DNA of 60,019 nucleotides, filler included, from Theionarchaea archaeon (lineage in GTDB: Archaea; Methanobacteriota_B; Thermococci; Methanofastidiosales; SZ-28-30), in NCBI GenBank assembly GCA_018992565.1. It is 4 parts of 4 records of this genome, joined end to end, with 100 filler letters (N's around TTAATTAATTAA, not from the genome) between each part and the next. Parts side by side here need not be neighbours in the genome. Positions count along the whole stretch, not along the records: positions 50,119 to 55,087 come from JACVGW010000128.1; positions 55,188 to 60,019 come from JACVGW010000129.1; 2 more parts are not named here. One strand, written 5' to 3'. Below are positions 51,901 through 60,019 of this stretch, piece by piece. Numbering within the stretch: the first letter of the stretch is position 1; each line of letters begins with the position of its first letter. Below the pieces are notes generated by a model, which worked only from the letters and a program-made list of their open reading frames with translations, made no database searches and was not told the origin of the DNA. A program made the translations under genes and the position numbers.

Positions 51901-52539
51901 ATGACGTCAGATATGAACCTCAAGGAACTGGAGAGAAAGGCCTGGACCGCCTATTTTGATGACGGCATACTGGACATTTCTATAGGGCTCTTTGTCCTAA
52001 CCTTTGGAATAGGCATGACCACACAGTATAGTGCCTTGACAGCATTGGCCTGGATGGTTGTCTTTTTCTTTGCAGCTGCCAAGAAATCAATAACACTGCC
52101 CAGGGTTGGCCTGGTGACGTTCAGCCCGGAGAGAGAGGAACGAATGAAGAAAGAGAAATCATTTTTCGTTGTCTTCTTCTCAATAACTGCTCTTCTGGGT
52201 CTGGTATTCTTCCTGGTACTCACCACTGACCTGCCGCAGTCAGTAAGGAGCATGGTGGGGGAAATGGCACTGGTAGGCTATGAACTGATTATTGCTGTGG
52301 CAATCTTCCTTGTGGGATACTGGAAGCAGATCAGACGCTTCTATGTCTACGCTGGATTCTTCCTGGTCGTCATAGTGGCTGGAGTGCTCTTTGATGTCCC
52401 TGGAGTCAATCCTTTGACAATCATGATGTACCAGTTCATAGGGGCAGGAGGACTAATCCTTCTCAGTGGGTTCATTGTTTTGGCCCGCTTTTTCAGGAGA
52501 TATCCGGGGCGAGAGGGCGGAGGATATGTCGCGAGATGA
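51901..52539 (+). CDS. Membrane protein, about 6 TM
   Basis: AGGTGA RBS; hydrophobic profile; YFDDGILD and PRVG motifs; overlaps the downstream regulator. Confidence 0.75.
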   Translation: MTSDMNLKELERKAWTAYFDDGILDISIGLFVLTFGIGMTTQYSALTALAWMVVFFFAAAKKSITLPRVGLVTFSPEREERMKKEKSFFVVFFSITALLGLVFFLVLTTDLPQSVRSMVGEMALVGYELIIAVAIFLVGYWKQIRRFYVYAGFFLVVIVAGVLFDVPGVNPLTIMMYQFIGAGGLILLSGFIVLARFFRRYPGREGGGYVAR

Positions 52540-52855
52540 GGGAGATGGCCTGCGGCATATCTCAGAACTTGACAAGCTCGTCCATGAACCTGCAAGGCTT
52601 GCTATCATGGCGCAGCTCTACATTGTGCGCAGTGCAGACTTCCTTTTCCTTCTTCCCCAGACAGGGCTCACCACTGGCAACCTTTCCCGACATATCAGTA
52701 AGTTGGAAGAAGCAGGGTATGTCAAGGTGGAGAAAGAATTTGTCAACAAGAAACCCCACACCATCATACAACTGACAGAAGAGGGCAGAGCTGTATTTAG
52801 AGAGTACATAGAAACCATGAAAGATATCATGAAGGAACTGTCAGGAAGCACATGA
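52526..52855 (+). CDS. Winged-helix transcriptional regulator (ArsR/MarR-like, HTH_34 type)
   Basis: LDKLVHEPARLAIM, LTTGNLSRHISKLEEAGYV and LTEEGR; GGAGG RBS. Confidence 0.9.
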   Translation: MSRDEGDGLRHISELDKLVHEPARLAIMAQLYIVRSADFLFLLPQTGLTTGNLSRHISKLEEAGYVKVEKEFVNKKPHTIIQLTEEGRAVFREYIETMKDIMKELSGST

Positions 52856-52908
52856 TCTCGCTTTCTTCTCCAAAGAACCTGTCCTGTCAAAAGAAAAGGG
52901 AACCCTTG

Positions 52909-54063
52909 TTACAGGATGCCCCTGTCTTCTGCCACGGGGTTACCATCTGGTGAGGTCTCTTCAATCCGTGAGGAGACCAGCAGGCTCATGACAGCACAGA
53001 TGGAGGCAGCCATGAACGCATTTTCAGCACCGATGGCATCTGCCAGGTTCCCTCCCACGAGTCCTCCCAGAAAATTACCTAATCCAATGGATGAATTGAG
53101 AATCCCTACCCCTCTCCCCCGTTCTTTCTCTGAGGTCAGGTCAGATACTGCAGAGGTAGACGCGATAATGAAGAGGGCATAAAAAGGAAGGATCCACAGC
53201 ACGATCTTCAACACCACATTCTCCACCAGGCCAATACCCATCCACATGACAATGTACAGGACAGGAGCGGCCAGCAACAGGGGACGCCGACCAATCCTGT
53301 CGCATGCTTTGCCCACTGCACCTGCCACCAGCAAGAAGGTCAGACTCGTCAGTGAACTGACGTACCCGATAATTTCCCGGGATACTCCACCATTGCTTAA
53401 GTACACATTGAAAATAGAGGAAGGGATTGCCCCTCCTGTCATCAAAATCACAGCATATAGGCATAGAATGAGTATTTTCCTGGATTCTCCAAACACCAGA
53501 AACTGCTTGAATCCCTTCTTATCTTTTTCCCTTGGCAGGTCTTCAACGAAAGAGAAGACAACACAAAACAAGAGGGATAAAACACCAACAATTCCAAAGA
53601 ATACATCAAATCCCATGCTGGCAGCATGTCCAGAAAGAACCCCTCCAATAGTCCACCCGATGCCAGTTGCCACATTATACTGTCCCAGGGCTCTTCCCTT
53701 TGAAGAGGGAAAATACTCTGTAATCATGGCAGGTATCAGAATATACGAGGAATAGAAGAATGTCTGTACACTCCTGAAGAATAAGAGCCCTGAAATACCC
53801 ACAAACGGAAAGACGAAGTACAGGATGGAGGCCACCACATTGGAGGCTACTATGACTGACTTCCTGGTTCCCAGCCGGTCTGACACAGACCCCCACCCAA
53901 AATGCATGGCTACCATGATCACAGAGGGCAGTGAGAAAATGTACCCTGCATATGCGAATTTCCCGCTGATCTCATAGGCATATATGGGGAGGAAGGGGAA
54001 TAACATCCCCTGTGTTATATTGAGCACCAGCGATGAGATGAGGACTTTGGAATAATTGTCCAT
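52909..54063 (-). CDS. MFS transporter
   Basis: GSVSDRLGTRK and GKACDRIGRR motif A copies; about 12 TM helices. Confidence 0.92.
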   Translation of the reverse strand: MDNYSKVLISSLVLNITQGMLFPFLPIYAYEISGKFAYAGYIFSLPSVIMVAMHFGWGSVSDRLGTRKSVIVASNVVASILYFVFPFVGISGLLFFRSVQTFFYSSYILIPAMITEYFPSSKGRALGQYNVATGIGWTIGGVLSGHAASMGFDVFFGIVGVLSLLFCVVFSFVEDLPREKDKKGFKQFLVFGESRKILILCLYAVILMTGGAIPSSIFNVYLSNGGVSREIIGYVSSLTSLTFLLVAGAVGKACDRIGRRPLLLAAPVLYIVMWMGIGLVENVVLKIVLWILPFYALFIIASTSAVSDLTSEKERGRGVGILNSSIGLGNFLGGLVGGNLADAIGAENAFMAASICAVMSLLVSSRIEETSPDGNPVAEDRGIL

Positions 54064-54245
54064 GGAGGTATTTTCTGAATCGCTTTAAAAGGATATCTCA
54101 CGCATGAGGGTTCCCCGGTTGTAGTGGTGGGATGTTGATTGACTTGTGAATGCCTGTACATCTCAAGGTGGAATGAACCAGTTGGATTACCTACTGTGCC
54201 AACAGAATAAATCGCTATATACCATAGTGAACTCTCCAACAGTGG

Positions 54246-55043
54246 TCAGAGAACTTCCCTGGGGTCAATTCTGTGAGGCAGCTCAAACTGAATACCTTCG
54301 TCCGTCTTATAGTAGAGGAGTCCTGTTCGTATGGTAGTATGAGGGATAACCTTGAAGTTGAAGGTAGTTCTTTCCATTTTGATGAAGCGCATCCGGGTGA
54401 TCAGCTCTGTTCCTCTTTCCAGTTCCACAAACCGTATGACACCATCAGCCAGATCTGAGATGGTAGCGACTGTCTTGGTATCATGAACACCATCCACCAG
54501 CAGCATGAAGTACACACCCCCGTAAATCTGTATGCAGTAGTGCAAATCCTCCAGAAACCTGAGTATCTGGGCCACCTCATTTGTTCTCAAGAGGTATGAC
54601 AGGTTGTCCAGGACGCCCCGGACTTCTCCATTTAAAGTCTTCATCTTGTCTTTCACAAAGATGTCAAGTCTCTTCAGAGTATTTATTCTCCAGAAGGGAT
54701 CATTCTCGAAATCAATCTTCCCTGCAGGGACCAGGTTATGTTCTACTGCGAATTCTTTGAGGCGGGCGCTGTAATCATCAACAAAGGTGAGGCTCCCGGA
54801 TGAACAGTAGTCTTCTACTCGACCGTCGATCCTCTTCATTGCCTGGAGAATCTCCTTTGCAGTCCTCCGTAGTGTGAAGTACACACCATTTGAGCCATTT
54901 GACAGGCCATAACACATGAACTGCTGTGCAAATTCCTCGAATCCGCAGCCAGGGAACCCCTGAATCACAATAAGTGAACCATCAGGGAATCCTCCCCCCA
55001 GAAGATTGTCAAGAATGCGAATACCCGCCGGAAGCAGCTTCAT
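54246..55043 (-). CDS. KaiC/RAD55-like protein with a degenerate Walker A
   Basis: GIRILDNLLGGGFP, GFPGCGFEEF in place of GxPGxGKT, VLDNLS, LADGVI and FIKMER. Confidence 0.8.
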   Translation of the reverse strand: MKLLPAGIRILDNLLGGGFPDGSLIVIQGFPGCGFEEFAQQFMCYGLSNGSNGVYFTLRRTAKEILQAMKRIDGRVEDYCSSGSLTFVDDYSARLKEFAVEHNLVPAGKIDFENDPFWRINTLKRLDIFVKDKMKTLNGEVRGVLDNLSYLLRTNEVAQILRFLEDLHYCIQIYGGVYFMLLVDGVHDTKTVATISDLADGVIRFVELERGTELITRMRFIKMERTTFNFKVIPHTTIRTGLLYYKTDEGIQFELPHRIDPREVL

Positions 55044-55087
55044 AGTGCTTGTAGAGAGCCCTAACCTTATAAGCTTTGCTCTGTCAC

Positions 55088-55187
55088 NNNNNNNNNNNNN
55101 NNNNNNNNNNNNNNNNNNNNNNNNNNNNNNNTTAATTAATTAANNNNNNNNNNNNNNNNNNNNNNNNNNNNNNNNNNNNNNNNNNNN
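55088..55187. other. Artificial contig linker
   Basis: N-run + TTAATTAATTAA + N-run. Confidence 0.97.
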
Positions 55188-55708
55188 TCTGCTCCTTTGA
55201 CTAGTTCTTCCAGAGAACTGCAGTATCCTGAATCTCCAGTGACGGCCACTGTTTTATTCTTGAAGGTGATTCTGTACCCTACTGCCGGCATGGGGGAGAG
55301 AACTCCTTGGGCTGTTGAACCTGCATGAACAACGAAAAAGGGTTGTACAACAGCGTTTGAGAGGGTGTAGAGGTGCCTATCCTCAACTATGGTTATTGTC
55401 ATGGGATAGGGGAGGGTATCCTGATAGCAAGTCTTGAATCCTTTAATGACGGCATCTACTTCACACGCTCCAGGGTGGAAAATGTTCAGAGGGGTTTTGT
55501 GGCCTATCATTCGCAGATATCCTAAGAGGGAATGTAACCCACCCATGTGGTCGTAATGGCCATGGGTGATCAAGACGGTATCAAGGGTCTGGAAATCGTA
55601 GGATGCTGTAAGAAGGTCACGAAGGGTTCCATCCCCCACATCGACGAGTATATTGTCCAGGAGAATTTGGGTGGCTATGCCAGCCTGTGAGAATAATACG
55701 GGATCCAT
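55188..55708 (-). CDS. Metallo-beta-lactamase-fold hydrolase (RNase Z-like), 3'-truncated
   Basis: LVDVGDG, THGHYDH (HxHxDH), GYRI and TGDS motifs. Confidence 0.85.
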
Positions 55709-56087
55709 AGTACGGTAGTGACTGTGATATTTTAAGGTTGAGGGTAGGATAGGACATTGAATTCATTTCATGAAATGATTTTTGTTGCTTGGAGAACCAT
55801 CCTGAAGAAGACTCTGTCTTGGAACATCCATAGCCCTAGTGCTTGGAGTTGAACATAGATTGAAGCATCGGGTTCATCTCATGGTCTGATTCAAATAAAT
55901 ATTGTGTATCCACGAGCATGCTATCATACCGATCCATTTCGCATTCTCACTTGTTACGTTTCTGCAATAGCGAATTATCTTTCTACAGATATCCTTTCTC
56001 CCGTTCCTCTTCAGTGAGGTACACTACGAACCTTTTGTACCCTCTGTATTGCTATTCAACTTACCATATACAGAATGCGATATACTG

Positions 56088-56138
56088 GCGAAAACTATAA
56101 AAGGCTGCTCTGCATGAGAAACAGAAACAAGGAGGTGA
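56088..56138 (+). promoter_or_regulatory. BRE/TATA-like promoter and RBS of the precursor gene
   Basis: GCGAAAAC-TATAAAA at 56088-56103 and GGAGGTGA at 56131-56138. Confidence 0.6.
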
Positions 56139-56142
56139 TAGG

Positions 56143-56382
56143 ATGAGCATGAGAGCATTGAATCCCGATAGAGAGAAAGTTGAAGAAAGCTTCACACGAG
56201 CATTCTGTGCAACTCTTCCATCAGAGAAGGAGGTCTCAGAGACATCAAAAGCTTTCTGCGCTACGCTCCCCGGGGAACCTGATGCGAGGGCAATTACCAA
56301 GTCCTTCTGTGCGACTCTCCCTTCTGAGAAAGATATTCGTGCTCGAGCACGCGAAGCCCTTAAATCCATGCTGAAAGAATGA
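56143..56382 (+). CDS. Putative multi-core RiPP precursor peptide with three FCATLP(S/G)E repeats
   Basis: Cys at residues 22, 39 and 56; repeats conserved in protein but with synonymous codon differences; strong RBS; directly upstream of radical SAM genes. Confidence 0.85.
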   Translation: MSMRALNPDREKVEESFTRAFCATLPSEKEVSETSKAFCATLPGEPDARAITKSFCATLPSEKDIRARAREALKSMLKE

Positions 56383-56443
56383 AAGTCCATGAACGTTGAG
56401 GATGGTTATCCCTCTTTTTCTCTTTTATTTATCAGGTGACCCC

Positions 56444-57784
56444 ATGTATGTGAGCAAATACAATATAATCCTGGATGTAGACAACCACACAGAAAAAATA
56501 CTCATTAATCCCCTTTCACAATCCATAGATGTAGTGGATGAAGACGACGAGGTGTGTGCTTTCTTGAAAGGTGCAGGGGCTCTTGAGAATGTGAAAGGTT
56601 CAGATCGAGACTACCTTCTTCAGAGAGGATACCTTTTCAATGAGCCTGAAGAAGAAGAGAACCTTATTCGCGACGTGATCAGAAAGGATGATCGTGAAGA
56701 ATACCCGTGTGACTTCCTATTGTATCCCACCTTTCACTGTAACTTCAGGTGCACATACTGCTTCCAGAGTGAGCTTCCCAAATACTCTTTTATCTCAACT
56801 GACTATGTGAATAAGGCTTTTGAGGCTATAGAATCCATAAGCAGAGACGCAAGAGCTGAATCTCCCCTCCTCTACTTATTCGGGGGAGAACCTCTCCTCA
56901 AGGGGAAGAAGGCTAAAGAAACTATAACATATATACTGCAGCAGGCCTGCAATAGGGGATACAGAACTGCAGTAATCACCAATGGCTCCAATGTACAGTT
57001 GTATTCCTCTTTACTGAGAAAATATGAAGTAGAGTTCATTCAAATCACGCTGGACGGACCCCAGCACATTCATGATAACCGACGTCTCTATGCTAATGGT
57101 AAAGGAACGTTCAACAATATTAAAAAGGGTATAGAAAGCCTTCTTGGTTCAGATGTAAGAATATTAATCAGAATGAACTTAGATTCGCAAAATATTGATT
57201 ATATACCAGAATTTGCTGACTTCGTGTATGAATCTGGTTGGGACAAAGACAATGTAACAGTATTCGTGGGCCCGTATCGAGACCTCCTGTGCAGGAGTTA
57301 CGAGTATCAATTGCCAGAACACGTGATGCTTGAGAGGATGTTCACCTTTTACCAGGAGAATCCCGCAACTAGAATCATTAAATTGCTGGCATGGCCTGGT
57401 GCAGATTACATCCTGCATTTCCTGTACACGAGAGAGCTTCCCCCGCCGCGGGTGAGTTACTGCATTTCCAGTTATGGAAGGTTTGGGTTTGACGCAGAAG
57501 GATATATGTACGCATGCGGTAATGCTGCAGGGAACAAGGACTATGCAATAGGGAGGTACTACCCAGAGGTCACACTTGATGAAGAGAGGGTACGAATGTG
57601 GAGGAAGCGGAGGGTTGAAACCATTCCTTCTTGCAGAGAATGTGAACTCGCTTTCCTGTGTGGAGGGGGGTGCACGCTCCAGTCTCTCCTGAAGTTCGAT
57701 GGGGAAAAGCCCTTCTGTCCTGAAATTCTTCAAAACTTGAAGGTGGCTGTAACCCATTATTTTGATGAGATTGTAGGTGATTAG
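56444..57784 (+). CDS. Radical SAM/SPASM peptide maturase
   Basis: CNFRCTYC, FGGEPLL, TNG, QITLDG and SPASM YC...YAC...CRECELAFLCGGGC...FC; start reset to ATG 56444 after AGGTGA. Confidence 0.92.
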   Translation: MYVSKYNIILDVDNHTEKILINPLSQSIDVVDEDDEVCAFLKGAGALENVKGSDRDYLLQRGYLFNEPEEEENLIRDVIRKDDREEYPCDFLLYPTFHCNFRCTYCFQSELPKYSFISTDYVNKAFEAIESISRDARAESPLLYLFGGEPLLKGKKAKETITYILQQACNRGYRTAVITNGSNVQLYSSLLRKYEVEFIQITLDGPQHIHDNRRLYANGKGTFNNIKKGIESLLGSDVRILIRMNLDSQNIDYIPEFADFVYESGWDKDNVTVFVGPYRDLLCRSYEYQLPEHVMLERMFTFYQENPATRIIKLLAWPGADYILHFLYTRELPPPRVSYCISSYGRFGFDAEGYMYACGNAAGNKDYAIGRYYPEVTLDEERVRMWRKRRVETIPSCRECELAFLCGGGCTLQSLLKFDGEKPFCPEILQNLKVAVTHYFDEIVGD

Positions 57785-58921
57785 ATGTATTTCAGTAGAT
57801 TCAATTACGTCTCGGACTATGAGAAGGATGGCCAGAGACTCTTGATGAATTTTTTGAGCCAGTCGTGTGATATTGTTGATGAAGAATCAGCCTCACACTT
57901 TTCCCAGGAGAAGGATGTTTCTACAGAGGAAAGGGAGTATGCGCTCCAGAGAGGATATATTTTCCAGGATGAAGCTGAGGAGTTGATACTGCTCCAGAAG
58001 TTGTATCACTATGAGCTTCAGAATAAGAGAGTCCTCTCTGTGGTTCTCTTGGATACCTTTGATGGGAAGGGATTGAGAGAGGTTCTGAAAGACATGAAGA
58101 ATCGAAATAGTCAATGCGTTCTCTTCACTGAGCATCCATTGGATGATTCATTGCCGTTCGATCACTTTGACAACTTGTTGACACTGCACATTGTCACAAC
58201 TCATGAGAACCTGCGTGCATTTGAACCCTTTTTCATGAAAAACATGGTTTCAAAGGTCTCATTGTTGCTACCCCTATCGGGTTCTATACTCTTTGCTGAA
58301 GAAGTTGAATCACGTGTCGATACTCTGGTGGAATCTGGAACTCTTGTTGAAATCATTCCCAGAGTCCAGGAGAGTGAAGTTGAACTCCTGAGACCCCTGA
58401 TGAAATACTTCATTTACAAGGGATGGCCCTTTCTGGAGAATTTCACCTGCAGCCTGGAACCCAATCCCAATGAAGGATGCATCTTTGGGCGCTGGTATGG
58501 TACCGAGAATCTAGTTCGTCGTATCTTTAGGGAGTATGCTGCATACCCTCAGACAGAATTCTGCAGTATAAAGAACTGGGTGGGAGTGAATCCCATTCAT
58601 TCACTGATCTGGACAGGAAAACCGTCTCCTCCTTCCTTTAATTTCTGTGAAGCATCCAAAGGGCTGACAGCTCTAAAGAGATGGTGTGAAGTTCCCTGCC
58701 CCTACCTGGATTCAGGTAAATTCGAGGCAGAAAATCCATCTGACTGCCAGGTCTGTACTTTTGCTCTCACATGCGGAGGAGGATGCAGGTTGAAGTCAAC
58801 CCAGAAAGCGGAACGGTGTCCCCCAGTAAAAGAACTGATTGAAGCATCTCTCGAATACTATTTTGACGAGTTCCTGCAGCGAATAACCTTTGGTGAGCAG
58901 TATCATGGAGGGATCCAATGA
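57785..58921 (+). CDS. Degenerate paralog of the upstream radical SAM/SPASM protein, lacking CxxxCxxC
   Basis: Shared N-terminus (LSQS.D.VDE, LQRGY.F) and C-terminus (CxxCxxAxxCGGGC...CP...YFDE); no SAM-cluster motif or GGEP. Confidence 0.8.
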   Translation: MYFSRFNYVSDYEKDGQRLLMNFLSQSCDIVDEESASHFSQEKDVSTEEREYALQRGYIFQDEAEELILLQKLYHYELQNKRVLSVVLLDTFDGKGLREVLKDMKNRNSQCVLFTEHPLDDSLPFDHFDNLLTLHIVTTHENLRAFEPFFMKNMVSKVSLLLPLSGSILFAEEVESRVDTLVESGTLVEIIPRVQESEVELLRPLMKYFIYKGWPFLENFTCSLEPNPNEGCIFGRWYGTENLVRRIFREYAAYPQTEFCSIKNWVGVNPIHSLIWTGKPSPPSFNFCEASKGLTALKRWCEVPCPYLDSGKFEAENPSDCQVCTFALTCGGGCRLKSTQKAERCPPVKELIEASLEYYFDEFLQRITFGEQYHGGIQ

Positions 58922-60019
58922 AAATCTCTTTAGTAGTCCCGAATGTGGCAAAACACATCCACGGTGAAACTTTTGAGCCACTTGGTGTCTTGTACATTGC
59001 TTCAGGGCTTTGCACCGAACATGAGGTGCAGATTGTGGACAGTTTCAACAGAAAGCTGAATCTAGAAGAAACAGTGAAAGAAGTACTCTCATTTGAACCT
59101 GATGTCGTGGGAATCAGTATTACCATGAGTCCCACAGCTCTTTTTGGAAAAAAAGTAGCACAAGAAGTGAAGCAGGCATTACATATTCCTGTAATCGTGG
59201 GTGGTACCCATGCTACCTTTGCAGCAGAAGAATTAGCTCTCAATCCGAGTATTGATATTGTGGTTCTGCATGAGGGAGAAGTCACTTTTCAGGAGATTGT
59301 GAACTGCCTGCAGGGGGATATTGCTCTGTCCACTATTAGGGGAATAGCATTTCAGCATGATGGGAACACACTAAAGACACAGATACGGGAACCTCTGAAA
59401 GATCTGGATAGCATTCCTTTCCCTGCACGGCATTTACTCCCGGATCACCGCATATACAGCAGAAACCACATACTGTCAAGCCGGGGCTGTGTCTTCAAGT
59501 GCATTTACTGCGCCTCTTCAGCCATGAATCAGTACCGGTGGAGATCCCGAAGTCCTGAAAATGTTCTGGAGGAAATGGAAATCATGGCTTCAGAGTACTC
59601 TTCTACCTTCTACTTTGCGGATGACAATTTCCCTGTGAACCAGGAGAGGACTCTGACACTCTGCAGAGAGATTGTGGAAACGAACTTGTCGGTAACGTGG
59701 GCGTGTCTATCCCGGATTGAATTCATGGATGATAAGGACTTATTACAGGCCATGGCCCGCGCTGGATGCAGAGAAATCTTTATTGGAGCAGAATCAGGAA
59801 GTGACCCGGTACTCAAGAAATTGAAGAGAACCTATACTGCTGAAGATATAAAGAGAGTGGTGAAGTTGTGTAATGACACAGGTATTTCAACGACAGTCTC
59901 TTTTATTGTTGGGAATCCCTTTGAAACTCTGGAAGACGTCAGAAGAACCTTCGAAGTGGCAGCAGAACTTGACACTCCCAATGTGGCTTTCCACATTTTT
60001 ACACCCTATATTGGAACTC
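58918..60019 (+). CDS. Cobalamin-dependent radical SAM enzyme (class B methyltransferase-like), runs off the window
   Basis: Hand translation: PLGVLYIAS, PDVVGIS, VGGTHAT, HEGE, SRGCVFKCIYC, ADDNF, IGAESGS, FIVGNPFET; ATGA overlap with the previous gene; absent from the ORF track. Confidence 0.93.
   Translation, partial: MKISLVVPNVAKHIHGETFEPLGVLYIASGLCTEHEVQIVDSFNRKLNLEETVKEVLSFEPDVVGISITMSPTALFGKKVAQEVKQALHIPVIVGGTHATFAAEELALNPSIDIVVLHEGEVTFQEIVNCLQGDIALSTIRGIAFQHDGNTLKTQIREPLKDLDSIPFPARHLLPDHRIYSRNHILSSRGCVFKCIYCASSAMNQYRWRSRSPENVLEEMEIMASEYSSTFYFADDNFPVNQERTLTLCREIVETNLSVTWACLSRIEFMDDKDLLQAMARAGCREIFIGAESGSDPVLKKLKRTYTAEDIKRVVKLCNDTGISTTVSFIVGNPFETLEDVRRTFEVAAELDTPNVAFHIFTPYIGT

Noticed and set aside
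56203..56322. 51-nt periodic repeat as a mini CRISPR array or DNA repeat
   Set aside because: The nucleotide copies differ at third codon positions while the amino acids are conserved, and no cas genes are present.
56061..56390. Antisense ORF with repeated RVAQK
   Set aside because: It is a shadow of the precursor repeats. The plus-strand frame has the RBS, promoter and operon context.
44987..60019. Treating both radical SAM clusters as one supercluster sharing the FCATLP precursor
   Set aside because: Two artificial linkers separate them; they lie on different contigs.
1..60019. tRNA, rRNA, CRISPR arrays, transposases and integrases
   Set aside because: None were recognised by eye. tRNAscan-SE, Infernal and ISEScan would be needed to exclude them formally.

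Overview
Archaeal metagenome-assembled sequence, judged from the archaeal histone, RPS24e/RPS27ae, MCM/GINS, Kae1, TATA boxes and GGTGA ribosome-binding sites. It is probably an anaerobic Thermococci-related euryarchaeon such as Theionarchaea, but that lineage is inference only. The window is four contigs joined by artificial N-TTAATTAATTAA-N linkers (segments 1-25006, 25107-50018, 50119-55087, 55188-60019), plus two 100-N scaffold gaps. Most content is housekeeping or metabolic: t6A synthesis, H4MPT C1 genes (fae-hps, mch, mptN-like), a 2-oxoacid/acetoin dehydrogenase operon, Moco accessory genes, an intein-containing MCM, a carboxyltransferase, transporters and surface proteins. The standout is a candidate archaeal RiPP system at 56143-60019. 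It has a 79-aa precursor with three FCATLP(S/G)E cores at exact 17-aa spacing, a radical SAM/SPASM maturase, a paralog that has lost the CxxxCxxC motif, and a B12-dependent radical SAM enzyme missed by the ORF track. A second cluster on a different contig (44987-49653) has three SPASM radical SAM enzymes and a degenerate CPBP-like protein. I also found a promoter-bearing structured ncRNA candidate upstream of mch and an unannotated 59-aa four-Cys protein.
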